A stretch of DNA of 64,000 nt. Origin: Eledone cirrhosa. Its lineage: Eukaryota. A program made the translations under genes and the position numbers. The notes under the pieces are model-generated. The model was not told where the DNA came from. It ran no database searches and worked only from the letters and a program-made list of their open reading frames with translations. Below, in pieces: positions 1 to 13,931 of the stretch (positions within the stretch are counted from its first letter, which is position 1; each line of letters starts with the position of its first letter). The stretch is from positions 116,870,001 to 116,934,000 of the forward strand of contig OZ024743.1 in NCBI GenBank assembly GCA_964016885.1. Reading direction: 5' to 3'.

Positions 1-510
1 ACGTAAATGGCGAGTTCGAATTAAATAAAATTTAAAATGAAATGTAACACAGATCTGATTGTAGAAACGTGAATGACTAAATCGAATTCGGCAAGATTTG
101 AAATTAAATATATATGAATTACCTTATATAAAGAAAAGTTTTACACACATAAATACATACATTATGATATAACTTATAAAGTAGTGTATAATATTGATAA
201 AATAAATTTATGCATTAATTCTATTGGGTATATAATTATTTTTGAAAGGCCTAACCTATAGGATACACAAATGTTTATCTAAGGTACATCTTGTTTTAAA
301 TTACCAAATTTACATAAAATTAAAACGTCGGTAAAGGTTAAATTGTTTCTTCGTTATTAATATAACATTTTTTCCTGTTTGTTCAATTTAAAGTTATAAT
401 GTCTAAACGTCTTTATTAATTATTCATTAACAGTACATTTTAATATATATGCATATCGGTCACCTCGGTCTCAGTATCGCAGACTCTCTCTCTCTCTCTC
501 TCTGTCTCTG

Positions 511-1540
<1,030 letters not shown>

Positions 1541-1763
1541 AGAGAGAGAGTGAGAGAGGGAGTCTCCACTAATCATGTGAGTACTCGTTACATGAGTAGA
1601 TGTAGTGTGGCTATAGAAATATGTAAAATCCCGACCACGAGACCAGCCTTAACCGCTTGGCACCGCAGTGGGTATTTTACACACACACACACACATATAT
1701 CTGTGTTTACATGTATGTATCTATGTATTATGTATGTGTGTGTAAAAATATGTGTGTACATAC

Positions 1764-1798
<35 letters not shown>

Positions 1799-2020
1799 AA
1801 AAATATGGACGGGCTGTGTGGTTACTGATAACGGGTATTAGGAGGTAAAGAGACACAAACAAGAGATACACAGTGTACCTTCTGCATCTGTATATATATG
1901 TTAGTAGATATACTAATTCTTTATATATATACATATATATTGTGTGTGGTTCATTATGCTGATTGTGAGAGTAGATGGTGTATATATTTTATCAAATGAT
2001 TCTATGGATATACTTTAATG

Positions 2021-2055
<35 letters not shown>

Positions 2056-2068
2056 TGTATATATATAT

Positions 2069-2526
2069 ATGGTGGCTGCCAACTCGTTTTCGAGTACGGC
2101 CACTACTTTATATCCATGTAGGAGAACCCCTACCGATGCGCTGAACGAGTGTGATTTTTTAGTCCAGCCAGCGACTTGAAAACTCTGGTACAAACACTAC
2201 ACTTGTGACAATTACTGACACATAGTGCTGGGCCCATGGTACCATGTGACGACAAGTGCAGAGAGATCTCCAGATATAAAGCAATGCCTGTGCCGTGAAG
2301 CTTTTATAGTGAGCAAAGGCACTGCACAAAGCCAGTCCCACTCTCTTAACCAAGATGATATTTACCAAAAAGAAGAACAAGTCAACATCATTGGATACCA
2401 TCAGGGTTGCAGGTGTTACATCAGAGTTTTCCTTCTCCTAGAATTCTGCCTTGACAAAGGCTAAGGGGTCATCTCTCCCGGTGATTTTGGATGGCCATTG
2501 ACTCTTAAGAGCTCCTTTGCCCTTTG
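2069..2526 (-). mobile_element. Non-autonomous RTE-derived element, 5'-truncated copy
   Basis: Near-identical to copies at 6583-7193 and 13323-13931. Confidence 0.85.
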
Positions 2527-2547
2527 TATATATATATACATATATAT

Positions 2548-2580
<33 letters not shown>

Positions 2581-2710
2581 GTATATATATATATACATAT
2601 ATATATACATACATATATATATATATTGTATATATATACATATATACATACATATATATATATATAGATATATATATATATATTGTATATATATATATAC
2701 ATATATATAT

Positions 2711-2772
<62 letters not shown>

Positions 2773-2923
2773 CATATATATATACTTACATATATATATA
2801 TTGTATATATATACATATATATATACATACATATATATATATATTGTATATATATATGCATATATATATACATACATATATACGATATTAAATAAATGGA
2901 AACTATATTTATAAAACCATATC

Positions 2924-2989
2924 TATTTCATTATATATATTTCAGGGATATCATATTAACAATATGCTATGCCTTCCTCAGACAAAATA
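2924..2989 (-). ncRNA. Mirror copy of the minimal hammerhead ribozyme
   Basis: Exact reverse complement of 3111-3176 within the palindrome. Confidence 0.75.
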
Positions 2990-3110
2990 CAATATAGACA
3001 GTTTTATAGATAAATAGATTTGACATACCGTTCAACATCGACTTGTATTTAATACAAGTCGATGTTGAACGGTATGTCAAATCTATTTATCTATAAAACT
3101 GTCTATATTG

Positions 3111-3176
3111 TATTTTGTCTGAGGAAGGCATAGCATATTGTTAATATGATATCCCTGAAATATATATAATGAAATA
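3111..3176 (+). ncRNA. Minimal type-I hammerhead ribozyme
   Basis: Stem I TATTTTGT/ATGAAATA, core CTGAGGA, stem II AGG..CATATT-GTT-AATATG..CCT, GAAA, palindromic TATATA, cleavage TA. Confidence 0.75.
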
Positions 3177-3333
3177 GATATGGTTTTATAAATATAGTTT
3201 CCATTTATTTAATATCGTAAATATACTCCAAATACTTGTTGAGTGCTTTTATATCAGTTATAAATATTTACTAGTTGTTACCCAACAATTTAAATATAAC
3301 TTTCCATGTACATACATATATATATATATATTG

Positions 3334-4161
<828 letters not shown>

Positions 4162-4170
4162 TATATAGTA

Positions 4171-4254
<84 letters not shown>

Positions 4255-4259
4255 CATAC

Positions 4260-4382
<123 letters not shown>

Positions 4383-5383
4383 CACATGAAACAATCACAG
4401 GGGATAATTTGTAAAGTCTGTAAGCACACACAGTTAGGTAGGTAACTAATTAAAGTTTAACTAGAACTTCAAGTATAGATACCTTTTAAAATGATTAATC
4501 TTCCTTGTATATATTTCATTAAAGAAATATATTTCACCATTAATCCGTAAATCACAGTAGTCAAATCATGGATTTTCATTAAGGGAGAAGATTTAACTAT
4601 TTGTGTTTACACAGTAAATGCAAATCTGCGAATGACCCGTCGCACATCGTACCAACGTCATCCCAGTGGCGTGAATAGGATTATCGACAGCTAGAAATAG
4701 CAGCCGAGTCCTTTCAAGTGAGTCAATTCTACAATTAAGGGGCCGTATATATATATATCCAAAATTAAATTAAGGGTGTCATGTCCGAGAGACATGCGCC
4801 ATATCCACTGTAGAATATGCTCAAAGATACCAATAAATAGATCCGAGCATTTTATATCAGTATATATACTGGGAGGGTGGAAAGAAACTCCTTATCTAAA
4901 ATAGTTAATATATTGATAAATTATTTGTCGATTTTTATAAAACTTATTTTATTTTGAACAGTATAATAGACGTATATTACAGTGTTCAAATATCACATAC
5001 GCACTAGCATTTTGCAACAATGTTTGTAATTACGTGGGTAAATCTGGACTGATTTCATCAAGAACACGGCTGGTACGTTAGTCAGTATATGACAAATGCT
5101 TTCCTCCAACTGAGTCAGAATTTTAGGTATTCACTCCGGGCTTCTTGTTGACCTTTCCTGTGGATCTTTCCTACGCAGCCAACCTTCTAAAATTTGGACA
5201 TCAACATATTTAGGGACAGTGCAAGCAAAATGAGAATGGGCTCCATCTTTAATGAATATGAGCTCATTGATGTTGTCCTAAGAGGTCACAATAGGCCAAA
5301 AGTTATACATACGTACATTCATACATACATACATGCATGCATGCCTACATACATACAAATATAAATACATACATACGTATACG

Positions 5384-6048
5384 TGATGGCTGCAAACTCT
5401 TCTCTGAGTATTGCAATCGCTTGTCAGATTACAGAGTTCGTTGCACTTTTAGGATACGGCCAGCCACACGAACCCGTACACATCCTGAACAAGCAATGCC
5501 TGTACTTTGAAGGCTTTTTAAGTGCGGTTTTTTATAGTGTAATGAATTCCGTAAAAAAAAGTATATCTAAAGTTCGTAGAGCACTCAGTCTGTGGACCGA
5601 GTTGTAATATACAAAATTAATTTAAATTCACATGTTCATCTGTCGAATAGGAGCGTTGTAAGTGCAGAAAGGCCTTGCAATCGACCAATTCCACTCTCTG
5701 AGCATCGAAAATACTACCCGAAAAGGAGAACTGATCAACATCATCAGATGTTTCCGAAGCCGCAGGTTTTTATTTCAGAGTTTCCCTCTCTTAGAAAGGT
5801 ATTGTGACAACAACTAGGGGCCTTTCACTCCCACGTGAAAAAGAGAAAGTACTATTTAGATGGCTGTTGACTCTGCTGAGTTCCTCCGCCCTTTGCCGGG
5901 TCTTGTATTTCATCCCGCAGGGTGTCCAGATATCATCCTCGTCACCAAGCAAGTTTGGTGGGGTTTCCGGTTTAGTCGCCGACGGCCCGACCATGAAACA
6001 GGTTGTACTGGGTTACTTGTTACCAGTAACACTCGACAGCGACCTGCC
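5384..6048 (-). mobile_element. Older, diverged non-autonomous RTE-derived element
   Basis: Shares the 5' head (TACTGG..CCAGTACAACCTG..GGCGACTAAAC), the RTE 5'UTR block and a 3' GCAGCCATC end with the younger copies. Confidence 0.7.
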
Positions 6049-6088
6049 ATACATACGTACATATATACATACGTACATACATAGATAC

Positions 6089-6498
6089 ATGGTGGCTGCG
6101 AACTCATTTTCGAGTACGGCCACTACTTTATATCCATGTAGGAGAATCCCTACCGATGCGCTGAATGAGTGTGACATTTTAGTCCAGCCAGCGACTTGAA
6201 AACTCTAGTACAAACACTACACTTGTGATAATTATTGACACATAGTGCTGGGCCCATGGTACCATGTGACGACAAGTGCAGAGAGATCTCCAGATATAAA
6301 GCAATGCCTGTGCCGTGAAGCTTTTATAGTGAGCAAAGGCAATGCACAAAGCCAGTCCCACTCTCTTAAAATAGATGATATTTACCAAAAAGAAGAACAA
6401 GTCAACATCATTGGATACCATCAGGGTTGCAGGTGTTTTATAAGAGTTTTCCTTCTCCTAGAATTCTGCCTTGACAAAGGCTAAGGGCTCATCTCCCC
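6089..6498 (-). mobile_element. Non-autonomous RTE-derived element, 5'-truncated copy
   Basis: High identity to 6583-7193; bounded by (TACA)n. Confidence 0.85.
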
Positions 6499-6582
6499 AT
6501 ACATACATACATACATACATACATACATACATACATACATACATACATACATTCATACATGCATACATACATACATACATAC

Positions 6583-7193
6583 ATGGTGGCTGCCAACTCG
6601 TTTTCGAGTACGGCCACTACTTTATATCCATGTAGGAGAACCCCTACCGATGCGCTGAACGAGTGTGGCTTTTTAGTCCAGCCAGCGACTTGAAAACTCT
6701 GGTACAAACACTATACTTGTGACAATTATTGGCACATAGTGCTGGGCCCATGGTATCATGTGACGACAAGTGCAGAGAGATCTCCAGATATAAAGCAATG
6801 CCTGTGCCATGAAGCTTTTAAAGTGAGCAAAGGCACTGCACAAAGCCAGTCCCACTCTCTTAACCAAGATGATATTTACCAAAAAGAAGAACAAGTCAAC
6901 ATCATTGGATACCATCAGGGTTGCAGGTGTTATATTACAGTTTTCCTTCTCCTAGAATTCTACCTTGACAAAGACTAAGGGGTCATCTCTCCCGGTGATT
7001 TTGGATGGCCATTGACTCTTAAGAGCTCCTTTTGCCCTTTGACAGGTTTTGTTTTTAGTCCTGCAGGATGTCCAAAGTCACCCACCTCACCAAGAAACCT
7101 TGGTGGGGTTGCCAGTTTAGTCGCCAACGACCCGACCATGAGACAAGTTCTACTGGGATACATGTTACCAGTAGCACCAACTGGTGACCTGAC
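6583..7193 (-). mobile_element. Full-length (~610 bp) bipartite non-autonomous RTE derivative (5'UTR + 3' end)
   Basis: Middle block homologous to the RTE 5'UTR at 11670-11890; 3' part encodes [20 protein letters not shown], matching the last ZnF of the RTE ORF; terminal hairpin CTCG-AAAA-CGAG; (ATGT)n tail. Confidence 0.85.
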
Positions 7194-7235
7194 ATCTATA
7201 TATATATACATACATACATACATACACACATATAT

Positions 7236-7512
7236 ATGGTGGCTGCCAACTCGTTTTCGAGTACGGCCACTACTTTATATCCATGTAAGAGAACCCCTAC
7301 CGATGCACTGAACGAGTGTGACTTTTTAGTCCAGCCAGCGACTTGAAAACTCTGGTACAAACACTACACTTGTGACAATTATTGACACACAGCGCTGGGC
7401 CCATGGTACCAAGAAACCTTGGTGGGGCTGCCAGTTTAGTCGCCAACGACCTGACCATGAGACAGGTTGTACTGGGATACAGGTTACCAGTAGCACCAAC
7501 TGGTGACCTGAC
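7236..7512 (-). mobile_element. Internally deleted copy of the non-autonomous RTE derivative
   Basis: Both ends intact; ~330 bp missing at an ACCA microhomology (7408-7411). Confidence 0.8.
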
Positions 7513-7772
7513 ATACATATATATACATACATACATACATATACATACATATATACATACATACATACATATATATACATATATACATACATACATACAT
7601 ATATATATATACATATATACATACATACATATATATATATACACACATACATACATACATATATATATATACATACATATATATATATATACATACTTAC
7701 ATATATATATATACATATATACATACATACATATATACATATATATATACATATATACATACATACATATAT

Positions 7773-7832
7773 ATGATGGCTGCCCCCTCGTTATCGAGTA
7801 TGGCCATTGCACAAAAAAAAAAAAAAAAAAAA

Positions 7833-7881
<49 letters not shown>

Positions 7882-7960
7882 GCAATAATAATAATAACGA
7901 CAACAACAATAATAATATACATATTCATATATATATACACACACACGCACGCACATAAGC

Positions 7961-8000
<40 letters not shown>

Positions 8001-11000
8001 GATAGCAACTAACAGTGCTGCGATCGAATGTGGCTTTTTAGCCCAGCCAATGATCCAAAATGTCTTGCACAGAGTCGGCAACCAAAACATTTACTGGGAA
8101 TAGTCGGCTGTGGTTGGAGTTCGTGTACTTTTGCATGTCGCTTGAGTCCTCCTGCTGATTTACATTCTCTACCACATGTTTGGCAAGCATGATGAGTAGC
8201 ATCTCCAACTGCAGCCTGGTAGTCAACCACTGGTCTTACTTTATGACTGCGAAGATGACTTTCGAGTCCAGCTTTGCTTAGGCAGAGTCTCGCACAGACG
8301 CTGCATGTCAGAAACATAGGAGGACCCTCGCCGTCTGGAAGTGCAACAGCAATACCCTTCCTCACGTCCCGCTTTACTTTCTCGTGTGCGATTCGAGATG
8401 CCTCAAAGGCAACTTTTCCCTCATATACAGTCTTTCTCCATTTATTACGATCAGCAGCAATATTTTCCCATGTATCAGCAGAGATGTTAGCGTCTTTCAG
8501 AGAGGCCTTCAAGGAATCCTTATACCTCTTTTTTGGTTTATGTGGCGGTCGTTTTCCTTTAACCAACTCTCCATAGAAGAGTTGTTTTGGTATTCTAGAA
8601 TCCTTCATCCTGGCAAGGTGACCACTCCAACGGAGTCGCTGCTTAAGCACAAGAGCTTCTATACTGTCACACATAGAGCTTTCCAAAATCTCGACATCAC
8701 TGATGTGGTCCCTCCAGCGAACGCCATGTATCCGTCTGAGACACATCTGATGGAAACGCTCCAATTGCTTAAGGTGGCGTCGATATGTGACCCAGGTCTC
8801 GCAGGCATAAAGAAGACAAGAGAGTACACATGCCCTGTACACCTTTACCTTTGTCCTCCTGCATATGTCTCGCCGACCCCAGAGTCGCCTTTCTAGCTTT
8901 CCGAAAGCATCACTTGCTTTCCTAATCCTAAGTGAGATTTCACTGTCAAGGTTGCCGTATCGATTGACAGTGCTTCCCAGGTAGACAAACTGATCAACCA
9001 CTCCAAGTCGTTTGCCATACACATAGATGTTTGGTTCAGTGTACTGCCCACCAGGTGCAGGTTGGTACATGACGACGGTTTTCTTGAGACTGACAGTCAA
9101 ACCCAGGGCAGTGCAAGCGTCAGAAAATACATTCAAAATGTGCTGCATATCACTCTCTGTGTGCGCTACAAGATCGCAATCATCTGCATACAAGAGGTCT
9201 CTTATGACTGATGTAAATACTTTTGTCTTCGCAGCAAAGCGCCTGATGTTAAATATGCTGCCTGAGGTTCGATATCGGATGTAAACACCATGCTCGCAAT
9301 TCCTGAATGCAATACAGAAAACCATTGCAAAGTATATGGCAAACAGGGTCGGTGCTGGAATATCCCCCTGTTTCACTCCATTTTTTACTGAGATAGGCTC
9401 CGACATGTTACCTCCGACATTAACCCAAGCCTTCATGTCGTCATGGAAAGACCTAACTAAAGCAAGGAACTTATCAGGGCAACCAAGTTTCTGGAGAACC
9501 TTCCATAATGCATCTCTGTTGACAGTATCGAAAGCCTTTGTCAGATCGACAAAAACCTGATACAGATCCAAGCCCTGTTCAATGCACTTCTCCTGGAGCT
9601 GTCTAGCTGAGAAGATCATATCAGTAGTGCCGCGTCCAACACGAAAACCAGATTGACTTTCAGGAAGGACACAATCTGCAATGTGTGTCAGCAGACGGTC
9701 CAGAAGCACCCTACATAAAACTTTCCCCACGACAGAAAGCAATGATATACCTCTGTAGTTCCCACAATCATTCCTGTTACCCTTTCCCTTGTACAAGACC
9801 ACCATTACTGCATCTCTCCAGTCCTCAGGCACGGATTCATTAGCCCATATCCTTCCAAACAGAGAGTGAAGATGTTGCAGGAGTCTCTCACCACCATATT
9901 GTAGGAGCTCAGCATGTATGCCATCCATACCTGGAGATCTTCCACTGTTCAGCTTCGAAATAGCCACTGCAACCTCCACAAGTGTCGGAGGCTCTGCGAG
10001 AGCTACTTTCACAGGACTTTCCGGAATGAGATTGAGGAAATCTTCACTGACGACAGACGGCTGATTCAAAAGATCATCAAAGTGCTCCCGCCACCTTCGT
10101 AGAATTCCCTGTGAGTCACGAAGAAGTTCTTTGCCATCCTTGCTGCGAATCGGTGTCACCAGAGAAGAAGACGGTCCATAAACCTCACGCAAGAGACTGT
10201 ACAACAGCTTTGTGTTATTGCAATCAGACGCAGTTTGTATCTCACCAGCCTTCTCACTCCACCACTGATCCTTCATCTGAGAAAGACTCCGCCTAACACG
10301 TGATTTTACATCCCTGAGCTCCTCATGCAACGTATTCCTCTCCTGTGGTCTTGCCGTCAAGTAGCGTGACAGAGCGCGCCTCTTATCAGCCAACAAGTCA
10401 TCTATATGCACATCTTTCTCATTAAACCAGTCCTGATGTTTTCTCTGCACCAATCCCAGAACACGTCTGCCTACATCATAAACCGACTTTTTAAGGGTCG
10501 GCCAATCCTCACCAAGATCTGCAGCCTGCATCTCTTCTTCCAATGTCCTCTTCACATTTTTATCCTTAAGACGAGCAGCATTCAATCTTTTGGGCAGGGT
10601 AACACCAGGAGCCCGGATTTTACGTTTGGTGATTAGATTCACTTTTGCGCGTACCAGGCGGTGGTCCGTCCAGCACTCAGCTCCACGAAGAACACGAACA
10701 CACCGCACATCCTGTCTGTCACGCATCCTGACTAGGACGTAGTCCAAAAGATGCCATTCCTTAGATGCAGGATGCATCCATGTGGTCTTGAATTTGTTCT
10801 TTTGTTGGAACATGGTGTTGGTAACACACAGATCCAGCTCCTCACACATCTGCAGCAAGAGCATACCATTGCTGTTACACTTTCCCACCCCATGCCTTCC
10901 GATTACATTCCATGTGTTAAAATCCCTACCCACTCTAGCATTAAAGTCACCAAGCACGATGACTTTGTCTGCCTGAGGGATATTTCTTAAAACACCTTTC

Positions 11001-11563
11001 AAGGCATGGTAAAAGGACAGTTTTTCTTCATCGACAGAATTCATAGTTGGAGCATACACACTCACCAGGGTAGCATATCTTCCCTTGTCCAGCGGAACTC
11101 TCATGGACATAAGACGCTCACTAATCCCCACTGGGAATTCTTCCAATTTATTCACCAGTACAGTCTTAACAGCAAATCCTACCCCAGCCTCTCTTCTGGT
11201 TCCTTCATCTCTTCCTTTCCAGAAGAATGTATATTCTCCACAAAATTCCGTAAGATGACCATCTCCAGCTAACCTCGTCTCAGACAAAGCCACGATGTCA
11301 AGATCGTAACGTCGAAGCTCCTTCGCAACAAGAGCGGTCCTTCGTTCAGGACGCTCCAAAGAATCCCTGTCAAGCAGCGTCCGTACGTTCCAGCAGCCAA
11401 GACTAAATGCCCTGTTTGGCTCTATTACAATGGCACGATGACGGGCGGGCCCAGGTTGTGATAACTTGGGGCCCCTGCCCTTATTGCCAATGATCTTTTT
11501 TGTTCCAGAACCCAAATTGGCAATTATCTCGTTTACATTGTTCTGGAACATCATTGAATTGGG

Positions 11564-11600
<37 letters not shown>

Positions 11601-11605
11601 TAATA

Positions 11606-11640
<35 letters not shown>

Positions 11641-11944
11641 ACACTATTAATAATTATTAATGCACTCGTGCAATGCCTGTGCGTGACGAATATTTTTTAA
11701 AGTGAGGAAAGACTGTGCACTGAACCAATCCCACTCTCTGAGCGACAGTAGCTATAACCCGAAAAGAAGAAAAGATCAACATCATCGGTAACTACTGAGC
11801 CGCAGGTTTTATATCGGAGTTAACCCAGTTTCCTGAGATGCCTTCTCCTAGAAGAATACCCTGACATGGGCTAGGGGTTCTTCACTCCCAGTGGTTTAAC
11901 TGCGCGATCGGGCATCCAGCCCGATTATTTCTATGTCCCCGCGC
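7773..11944 (-). mobile_element. Near full-length RTE-clade (BovB-like) LINE
   Basis: Intact ORF; conserved RTE 5'UTR block (CTAGGAGAAGG..CTCCGATATAAAACCTGC) at 11670-11890; 3' terminal hairpin at 7773-7811 followed by an (ATGT/AT)n tail; boundaries inferred. Confidence 0.85.
8009..11554 (-). CDS. RTE LINE ORF: APE endonuclease + reverse transcriptase + 3 C2H2 zinc fingers, 1181 aa
   Basis: Motifs WNVRTL, LSETR, GDFNARVG, TDHRLV (EN); NYRGISLL, DLTKAFD, KQGD, YADD, YLG (RT); CxxC..H..H x3 at the C-terminus; no stops. Confidence 0.97.
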   Translation of the reverse strand: MMFQNNVNEIIANLGSGTKKIIGNKGRGPKLSQPGPARHRAIVIEPNRAFSLGCWNVRTLLDRDSLERPERRTALVAKELRRYDLDIVALSETRLAGDGHLTEFCGEYTFFWKGRDEGTRREAGVGFAVKTVLVNKLEEFPVGISERLMSMRVPLDKGRYATLVSVYAPTMNSVDEEKLSFYHALKGVLRNIPQADKVIVLGDFNARVGRDFNTWNVIGRHGVGKCNSNGMLLLQMCEELDLCVTNTMFQQKNKFKTTWMHPASKEWHLLDYVLVRMRDRQDVRCVRVLRGAECWTDHRLVRAKVNLITKRKIRAPGVTLPKRLNAARLKDKNVKRTLEEEMQAADLGEDWPTLKKSVYDVGRRVLGLVQRKHQDWFNEKDVHIDDLLADKRRALSRYLTARPQERNTLHEELRDVKSRVRRSLSQMKDQWWSEKAGEIQTASDCNNTKLLYSLLREVYGPSSSLVTPIRSKDGKELLRDSQGILRRWREHFDDLLNQPSVVSEDFLNLIPESPVKVALAEPPTLVEVAVAISKLNSGRSPGMDGIHAELLQYGGERLLQHLHSLFGRIWANESVPEDWRDAVMVVLYKGKGNRNDCGNYRGISLLSVVGKVLCRVLLDRLLTHIADCVLPESQSGFRVGRGTTDMIFSARQLQEKCIEQGLDLYQVFVDLTKAFDTVNRDALWKVLQKLGCPDKFLALVRSFHDDMKAWVNVGGNMSEPISVKNGVKQGDIPAPTLFAIYFAMVFCIAFRNCEHGVYIRYRTSGSIFNIRRFAAKTKVFTSVIRDLLYADDCDLVAHTESDMQHILNVFSDACTALGLTVSLKKTVVMYQPAPGGQYTEPNIYVYGKRLGVVDQFVYLGSTVNRYGNLDSEISLRIRKASDAFGKLERRLWGRRDICRRTKVKVYRACVLSCLLYACETWVTYRRHLKQLERFHQMCLRRIHGVRWRDHISDVEILESSMCDSIEALVLKQRLRWSGHLARMKDSRIPKQLFYGELVKGKRPPHKPKKRYKDSLKASLKDANISADTWENIAADRNKWRKTVYEGKVAFEASRIAHEKVKRDVRKGIAVALPDGEGPPMFLTCSVCARLCLSKAGLESHLRSHKVRPVVDYQAAVGDATHHACQTCGRECKSAGGLKRHAKVHELQPQPTIPSKCFGCRLCARHFGSLAGLKSHIRSQHC

Positions 11945-13322
11945 AAAAAAAAAAAAAAAAAAAAAAAAAAAATTACTTATTGACACTTATACGTACGACA
12001 TACACACACACGCATACATATGCGTGCACACAGCAACACTCACACACACAACAAACACACACACACGCTACTCTACTCACTTACACGCACACACACACAT
12101 ATATATATATATATTACCGTCATTACTGATACAAGATTACCAGATTATGTCAACTGTTGACTTTCAAGAGTTTGTATAGTTGAAGCCGATCGTATTATAG
12201 TCCAGTATTACTATAATTGCTTTACAGCATAGAGTTATGGCTCTCCACGGAGTCAACAAAAGAGAGTACCAGTGATGCGCTGGCCAGTCGCTGGATCCGT
12301 GCCAAACGCAGAAAAATTATTATTAAAGTTGTTCTTAAGGCCAGGTCGCTGGTGATGGTGATGGCGACGGCGGTGGCGGTGGTGGTGGTGGTGGCAGTTG
12401 ATGTTGTTGTTCTGTTGTGTGTGTGTGTGTGTGTGTGTGTGTTTTGTTATTTTGAGTTTTTTTTTTTTTTTTTCCTTTCTCTTTTTTCTCCTTTTTTTTT
12501 TTTTTCCCCTTCCCTTTTCTTTTTTCTTTTCCCTTCATTTTTTTATGTTTTGATGCCGCTGTTGTTGTTGTTGTTGTAATTGTTGTAAATGTTCATTTCA
12601 GTTCATTCTGAAGCTGTTGTTGCTGTAAACATTAGGGCCGGTGTTGTTGTTGTAGATGTTGGGGTTGAAATCTGGTTGTTTGACTGAGTGATGTATATAC
12701 ACACATATACATACACACACATATATATATATACATTCATCAGAGAGTAGAGAGTTTGACAACAGGTCGATGACTTTAGTCTCGATAGGGTATGGTATGG
12801 TAATGACATGTGATGGTGGGGAGAGAGTGTAGACGTTATTGTGGTGGTGTGGACAGTGAGATGTATCTAGTTCATTTGACCGTTTTCTTCTCTTAGCAAA
12901 ATTTGAATTCTAGCCATGTTATATTGAGATGTAAGTAAATGTAAAATATAAATAAGGATTGCTCTGCTAAAATATACTAAAATATTTGTGTAACTTCCAC
13001 AAACTTCTGTCGTGACATTCCCGAGACCAGTAACCAACAAATTGTTGTATTTTGATGTTTCAGAATACAAAAATTAATTAAAAACTTACCCCACGAAGAG
13101 ACAGCGTGTGTTGTCCTATCTATAAGCTCCCTATATACATATATATACATACATACATACATATATACATACATATATATATATATACATACATATATAC
13201 ATACATATACATATACATACATATATATATATACATACATACATATATATATATGTACATACATACATATATACATATACATACATACATATATATATAT
13301 ACATATATACATACATACATAT

Positions 13323-13931
13323 ATGGTGGCTGCCAACTCGTTTTCGAGTACGGCCACTACTTTATATCCATATAGGAGAACCCCTACCGATGCGCTGAAC
13401 GAGTGTGACCTTTTAGTCCTGCCAGCGACTTGAAAACTCTGGTACAAACACTACACTGTGACAATTATTGACACACAGCGCTGGGCCCATGGTACCATGT
13501 GACGACAAGTGCAGAGAGATCTCCAGATACAAAGCAATGCCTGTGCCGTGAAGCTTTTATAGTGAGCAAAGGCACTGCACAAAGCCAGTCCCACTCTCTT
13601 AACCAAGATGATATTTACCAAAAAGAAGAACAAGTCAACATCATTGGATACCATCAGAGTTGCAGGTGTTATATCAGAGTTTTCCTTCTCCTAGAATTCT
13701 GCCTTGACAAAGGCTAAAGGGTCATCTCTACCGGTGATTTTGGATGGCCATTGACTCTTAAGAACTCCTTTGCCCTTTGACAGGTCTTGTTTTTAGTCCT
13801 GCAGGATGTCCAAAGTCACCCTCCTCACCAAGAAACCTTGGTGGGGTTGCCAGTTTAGTCGCCAACGACCCGACCATGGGTCAGGTTGTACTGGGATACA
13901 TGTTACCAGTAGCACCAACTGGTGACCTGAC
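13323..13931 (-). mobile_element. Full-length non-autonomous RTE derivative
   Basis: Near-identical to 6583-7193; within (TACA)n. Confidence 0.85.

Larger units (their letters stand above)
2881..3310. mobile_element. PLE pseudo-LTR in fold-back configuration (perfect palindrome 2881-3219, centre 3050, plus 3' extension), in (TA)n
   Basis: 169-bp arms with a 1-nt loop; contains a hammerhead; homologous to 45745-45945 and 27040-27120. Confidence 0.75.

Noticed and set aside
2159-2464. Recurrent 79-80-aa ORFs (also at 6179, 6673, 13451)
   Set aside because: Conserved only because the host element copies are young; they lie in an RTE UTR-derived segment on both strands
5384-7512. Repeat-spacer pattern resembling a CRISPR array
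   Set aside because: Units are 300-650-bp retroelements separated by microsatellites; eukaryotic context, no cas genes
13085-13131. Small minus-strand exon ending at GG|GTAAGT
   Set aside because: No partner exons or protein similarity; the acceptor would lie in a microsatellite
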